A stretch of DNA of 64,000 nt from Thermodesulfovibrionales bacterium (lineage in GTDB: Bacteria > Nitrospirota > Thermodesulfovibrionia > Thermodesulfovibrionales > SM23-35): positions 32,001 to 96,000 of the forward strand of contig CAVQRT010000007.1 of the NCBI GenBank assembly GCA_963715195.1, written 5' to 3'. The position numbers and the translations under genes are program-made. Shown here piece after piece: positions 60,743 through 64,000 of this stretch (position 1 is the first letter of the stretch; the number at the start of each line of letters is the position of its first letter). The notes beneath the pieces were generated by a model. That model saw only the letters and a list, made by a program, of their open reading frames with translations, was not told the DNA's origin and made no database searches.

Positions 60743-61894
60743 ATGTTATTGTCTCTCATTGGATTGCTTGTCATTCTCACCCCGTTATTTGCAGAAGCCT
60801 CTGGTATTGAAGTTAAGGACATAAGGTTCTGGTCGTCGGAACAGTATACGCGGGTAGTGGTTGATCTGACCGGCTCTATTGAATTTTCCAAACACCGCCT
60901 TTCGAATCCTGACCGGCTCTATTTTGACTTAAAAGATTCGTATATATCGAAAGAGATCAATGCCAGCATGCCTGTTGGAGACGGCATTTTAAAATCAGTA
61001 AGAGCCGGCCAGTTTAACAGGATGACTGTCAGGGTTGTTCTTGATCTCGATGAGATGTCTGATTATCAGACATTTTTCTTTGACGATCCTGCGCGGCTTG
61101 TTATCGATGTTTACGGAAATTCCAGGTCTGCGGAGAACCAGGATGTCAATTTTGTGAAAAGGCGGATTGTGCTCGATCCGGGACACGGTGGTCACGATCC
61201 AGGTGCCGTTGGATCGAATAACCTGTATGAGAAAGATGTTGTTCTGGATATTGCCCTGAAAGTGAAGAAAATTCTCATGGAAGACCCGCTCAATGAGGTC
61301 TTTCTGACAAGGGAACGGGATGTGTTCATCCCTCTGGAAGAACGAACGGCCATAGCCAACCGGAAGAATGCAGACCTCTTTGTATCACTCCACGCGAATG
61401 CAAGCCCAAGAAGGGAAGCCAAAGGAATCGAGACCTATCTGCTGAACTGGACCGATGATGAAGAAGCCATCAGGGTTGCCGCCCGCGAGAATGCCATTTC
61501 TCTCAAAAAAATGAGAGCAATGAACAAACAGATGGATATCGTCGATGTGATAAAGAGCGATCTTATACGGGAAAACAAACGTGATGAATCCATCAAGCTT
61601 GCGAACTATATCCAGAGGTCTCTGGTTTCGAACCTGAATGGTCATAGGAAACGTATTATAAACCTTGGGGTAAAACAGGCACTTTTTTATGTCCTCTTTG
61701 GCGCAAAGATGCCCTCTGTTCTCGTGGAGGTCTCTTTTATCAGTAATCCGGAAGAGGAAAGTTTGCTTTCTAATGATTCCTACCGCACAGAGATTGCAAA
61801 AGGTATTGCAAGAGGTCTCGGCACCTATCTCAATTCTGCCCCGGCAGTCCAGAAAATGGTTGAATTCAAAGATCATCCGTTATTCTACAGGTAG
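60743..61894 (+). CDS. amiC: N-acetylmuramoyl-L-alanine amidase (AMIN + Amidase_3)
   Basis: TRVVVDL/RVVLDL AMIN, LDPGHGGHDPGA, FVSLHANA, PSVLVEVSFISN. Confidence 0.9.
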   Translation: MLLSLIGLLVILTPLFAEASGIEVKDIRFWSSEQYTRVVVDLTGSIEFSKHRLSNPDRLYFDLKDSYISKEINASMPVGDGILKSVRAGQFNRMTVRVVLDLDEMSDYQTFFFDDPARLVIDVYGNSRSAENQDVNFVKRRIVLDPGHGGHDPGAVGSNNLYEKDVVLDIALKVKKILMEDPLNEVFLTRERDVFIPLEERTAIANRKNADLFVSLHANASPRREAKGIETYLLNWTDDEEAIRVAARENAISLKKMRAMNKQMDIVDVIKSDLIRENKRDESIKLANYIQRSLVSNLNGHRKRIINLGVKQALFYVLFGAKMPSVLVEVSFISNPEEESLLSNDSYRTEIAKGIARGLGTYLNSAPAVQKMVEFKDHPLFYR

Positions 61895-62510
61895 CCTGTT
61901 GCCTGCCGGGCTGAAGATTATCCTTTATCTTTCATTTGTTATCTGTCTCTTTTCCCTTGAAAGTCTGCTATTCTTTGGCGTTGTTTTTGCGGTACTCTTT
62001 TTTTCCCTTCTTTTCATGATACCGGTGAAATTCATAACGAGAGGGTGGTTACCGATCTCGGTTCTCCTTCTGTTTACGTTCTGGAGCAATCTCCTCTTCC
62101 GGCATGGCAAAGTAATCTTCATCGCGGGACCTTTCATGGTGACTGCTGATGGACTGACTGATGCATCGGTCAAAACAATGAGGATAGTCTTAATGATAGC
62201 AGGCGCCAAACTGCTGACCGGCACAACTCCGATCGAATCACTCACAAGGGCTTTCGGAAGATTTTTTACCCCGCTTCAGCGTGCAGGTGTCCCGGTCAAT
62301 GAATTTGTTTCGACGATGGGGCTTACCATGCAGTCTCTCCCTGCGCTCAAGGAACAGTTTCTGGGCATATACAGGGAAAGGATTCAGAGGGAGAATATCC
62401 GGGGATTCTGGAATCGTGCGAGAGTCATCGTCGGATTTCTTATGCCGTTATTCGTCAAGAGCATGAATTCACCGGAACAGATTATGAAGCAGAACAAGAG
62501 AGATGAATAA
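61860..62510 (+). CDS. Energy-coupling factor transporter transmembrane T component (EcfT/CbiQ-like), possibly C-terminally short
   Basis: Hydrophobic helices; LLTGTTPIESL, FTPLQRAGVPV, FLMPLF; start uncertain (TTG 61860). Confidence 0.7.
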   Translation: MNSKIIRYSTGSLLPAGLKIILYLSFVICLFSLESLLFFGVVFAVLFFSLLFMIPVKFITRGWLPISVLLLFTFWSNLLFRHGKVIFIAGPFMVTADGLTDASVKTMRIVLMIAGAKLLTGTTPIESLTRAFGRFFTPLQRAGVPVNEFVSTMGLTMQSLPALKEQFLGIYRERIQRENIRGFWNRARVIVGFLMPLFVKSMNSPEQIMKQNKRDE

Positions 62511-62512
62511 AA

Positions 62513-64000
62513 GTGAAGAGATTTTATGACATTTGCACTTCATTTGATATCCTCATACGAAACGGCACTGTTTATGATGGATCAGGATCAGAACCGTATG
62601 AAGCTGACATCGGAATCACGGGAGACAGGATATCCATGATTTCAAGAAAATCAGCTACCAGTCATTGTAAACGAGAGCCCGGGGCGGGCAAAACAATTGA
62701 TGCGGAGGGCCTGAGTGTCGCTCCCGGATTTATCGATACCCATGGGCACTCTGAATTCACCCTTCTTGCTGATCCGCGGGCAGAGAGCAAAATCAGCCAG
62801 GGAATTACGAGCGAAATCAACGGAAACTGCGGTCTTTCGGCTGCTCCGCTCTTTGGAGAGGCATTGCGGCAGAGAGAAGCTGATCTGAACGAATATCATA
62901 TCAGGGAGCGCTGGACAACATTCAGAGAATATTTTGGATTGCTCGAAAAACGTGATATCGCATTAAATTTTGCGACGCTTACGGGACATGGCAATCTCCG
63001 TGCCTGTGCAGCAGGATATCAGGACAGAAAACTTTCGGAATCTGAACAAGAGACAATTTACAACCTGCTCAGGGAGTCAGTTCGTGAAGGTTCTATCGGG
63101 ATTTCAACGGGGCTCATTTATCCTCCCGGCATTTACGCAGATACAGAGGAGCTGATTGATCTCTGCAAGGCATCGATGACCTGTGCAGACAATGGTGAGT
63201 GCATTTATTCAACACATATGAGAAGCGAAGGCGACCTGCTCATCGAATCGATAGAGGAAACCATCAGTATCGCAAAAGAGTCGGGGATTAGAGTACATAT
63301 ATCTCATCTTAAAACAAGCGGAGAGGGGAACTGGGGAAAATTGGATGATGCCCTCTCGAAAATCGCACGTGCAAGGGATGAGGGATTCCGTGTTACCTTT
63401 GACCGGTATCCCTATACCGCTGCTTCAACTGACCTTGATACTGTGCTGCCTGCCTGGACGTATGAAGGCGGATCTGAACGGGAAATGCAAAGGCTCCGGC
63501 AACCGGAGACGCAATCCCGGATAAAAAGAGAAATATTGGCTGAACATCCTGAAGAGGAATACTGGGAGAAGATCCTCATAACGTCGGTCACAAATGAAAA
63601 AAACCGATGGATGGAAGGAAGGAATATTCTTGATATTGCAAAACGAGAAAAGTGCCAACCGGTTGATATGCTCCTGGGAATTCTTGCCGATGAGAACCTG
63701 AGGGTAGGGGCGATCTTTTCATCGATGAGCAAAGAAAATCTCACCAAAATACTTTCCCTGCCATACGGAATGATAGGCACTGACAGTTCAGCCCGATCTT
63801 TTGACGGTCTGACACGGAAAGGCAAACCACATCCGAGGGGATTTGGAAGCTTTCCCCGGTTTCTCGGAAGATTTGTTCGGGATATCCTTCAGATTGACTT
63901 AAGCAAAGCGTTAAGAAGAATAACGCTCCTTCCTGCCTTGACATTCGGCATATCTCAGAGAGGCATCCTTCGGGAAGGTGCATATGCTGATATTGTTATT
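62513..64000 (+). CDS. N-acyl-D-amino-acid deacylase (amidohydrolase), runs off the window's right edge
   Basis: Manual translation: FDILIRNGTVYDGSG..ADIGI, APGFIDTHGHSE, GNCG, STGLIYPPG, THMRSEG, HISHLK, YPYTAAST, HPRGFGSFPRFL. Confidence 0.9.
   Translation, partial: MKRFYDICTSFDILIRNGTVYDGSGSEPYEADIGITGDRISMISRKSATSHCKREPGAGKTIDAEGLSVAPGFIDTHGHSEFTLLADPRAESKISQGITSEINGNCGLSAAPLFGEALRQREADLNEYHIRERWTTFREYFGLLEKRDIALNFATLTGHGNLRACAAGYQDRKLSESEQETIYNLLRESVREGSIGISTGLIYPPGIYADTEELIDLCKASMTCADNGECIYSTHMRSEGDLLIESIEETISIAKESGIRVHISHLKTSGEGNWGKLDDALSKIARARDEGFRVTFDRYPYTAASTDLDTVLPAWTYEGGSEREMQRLRQPETQSRIKREILAEHPEEEYWEKILITSVTNEKNRWMEGRNILDIAKREKCQPVDMLLGILADENLRVGAIFSSMSKENLTKILSLPYGMIGTDSSARSFDGLTRKGKPHPRGFGSFPRFLGRFVRDILQIDLSKALRRITLLPALTFGISQRGILREGAYADIVI

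Overview
Gene-dense, roughly 50% GC bacterial chromosome segment with about 57 CDSs, mostly housekeeping. Gene content and repeat style suggest an anaerobic Nitrospirota (Thermodesulfovibrionia-like) or Desulfobacterota organism; this is an inference. It carries rpsU, trkAH, tgt, a glnE-GATase-glnA operon divergent from a P-II gene, der, moaA, leuC, a two-subunit pyruvate-carboxylase-like pair, a P2A ATPase, ftsEX-envC-ctpA, a split transketolase, trpBA-accD-folC-lptD, an AmmeMemoRadiSam pair, carB, arsC, nifU, amiC and a D-aminoacylase. I saw no rRNA, tRNA, CRISPR array, transposase or prophage. Most notable: (1) two paralogous class II ribonucleotide reductases, one complete with an NrdR box and one lacking the whole C-terminal TSCPD/cysteine tail and starting 1 nt after a di-iron ferritin-like gene; (2) a GSI-alpha-type glutamine synthetase in an operon with a GlnE whose second domain has a GlnD-like motif; (3) a degenerate sigma-54 activator-like pseudo-ATPase; (4) nested REP/MITE-like repeats, some inside the reading frame of the P-type ATPase; (5) a cluster of small Cys-rich metal proteins around CooT. 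All functional calls come from motif recognition by eye; no searches were run.
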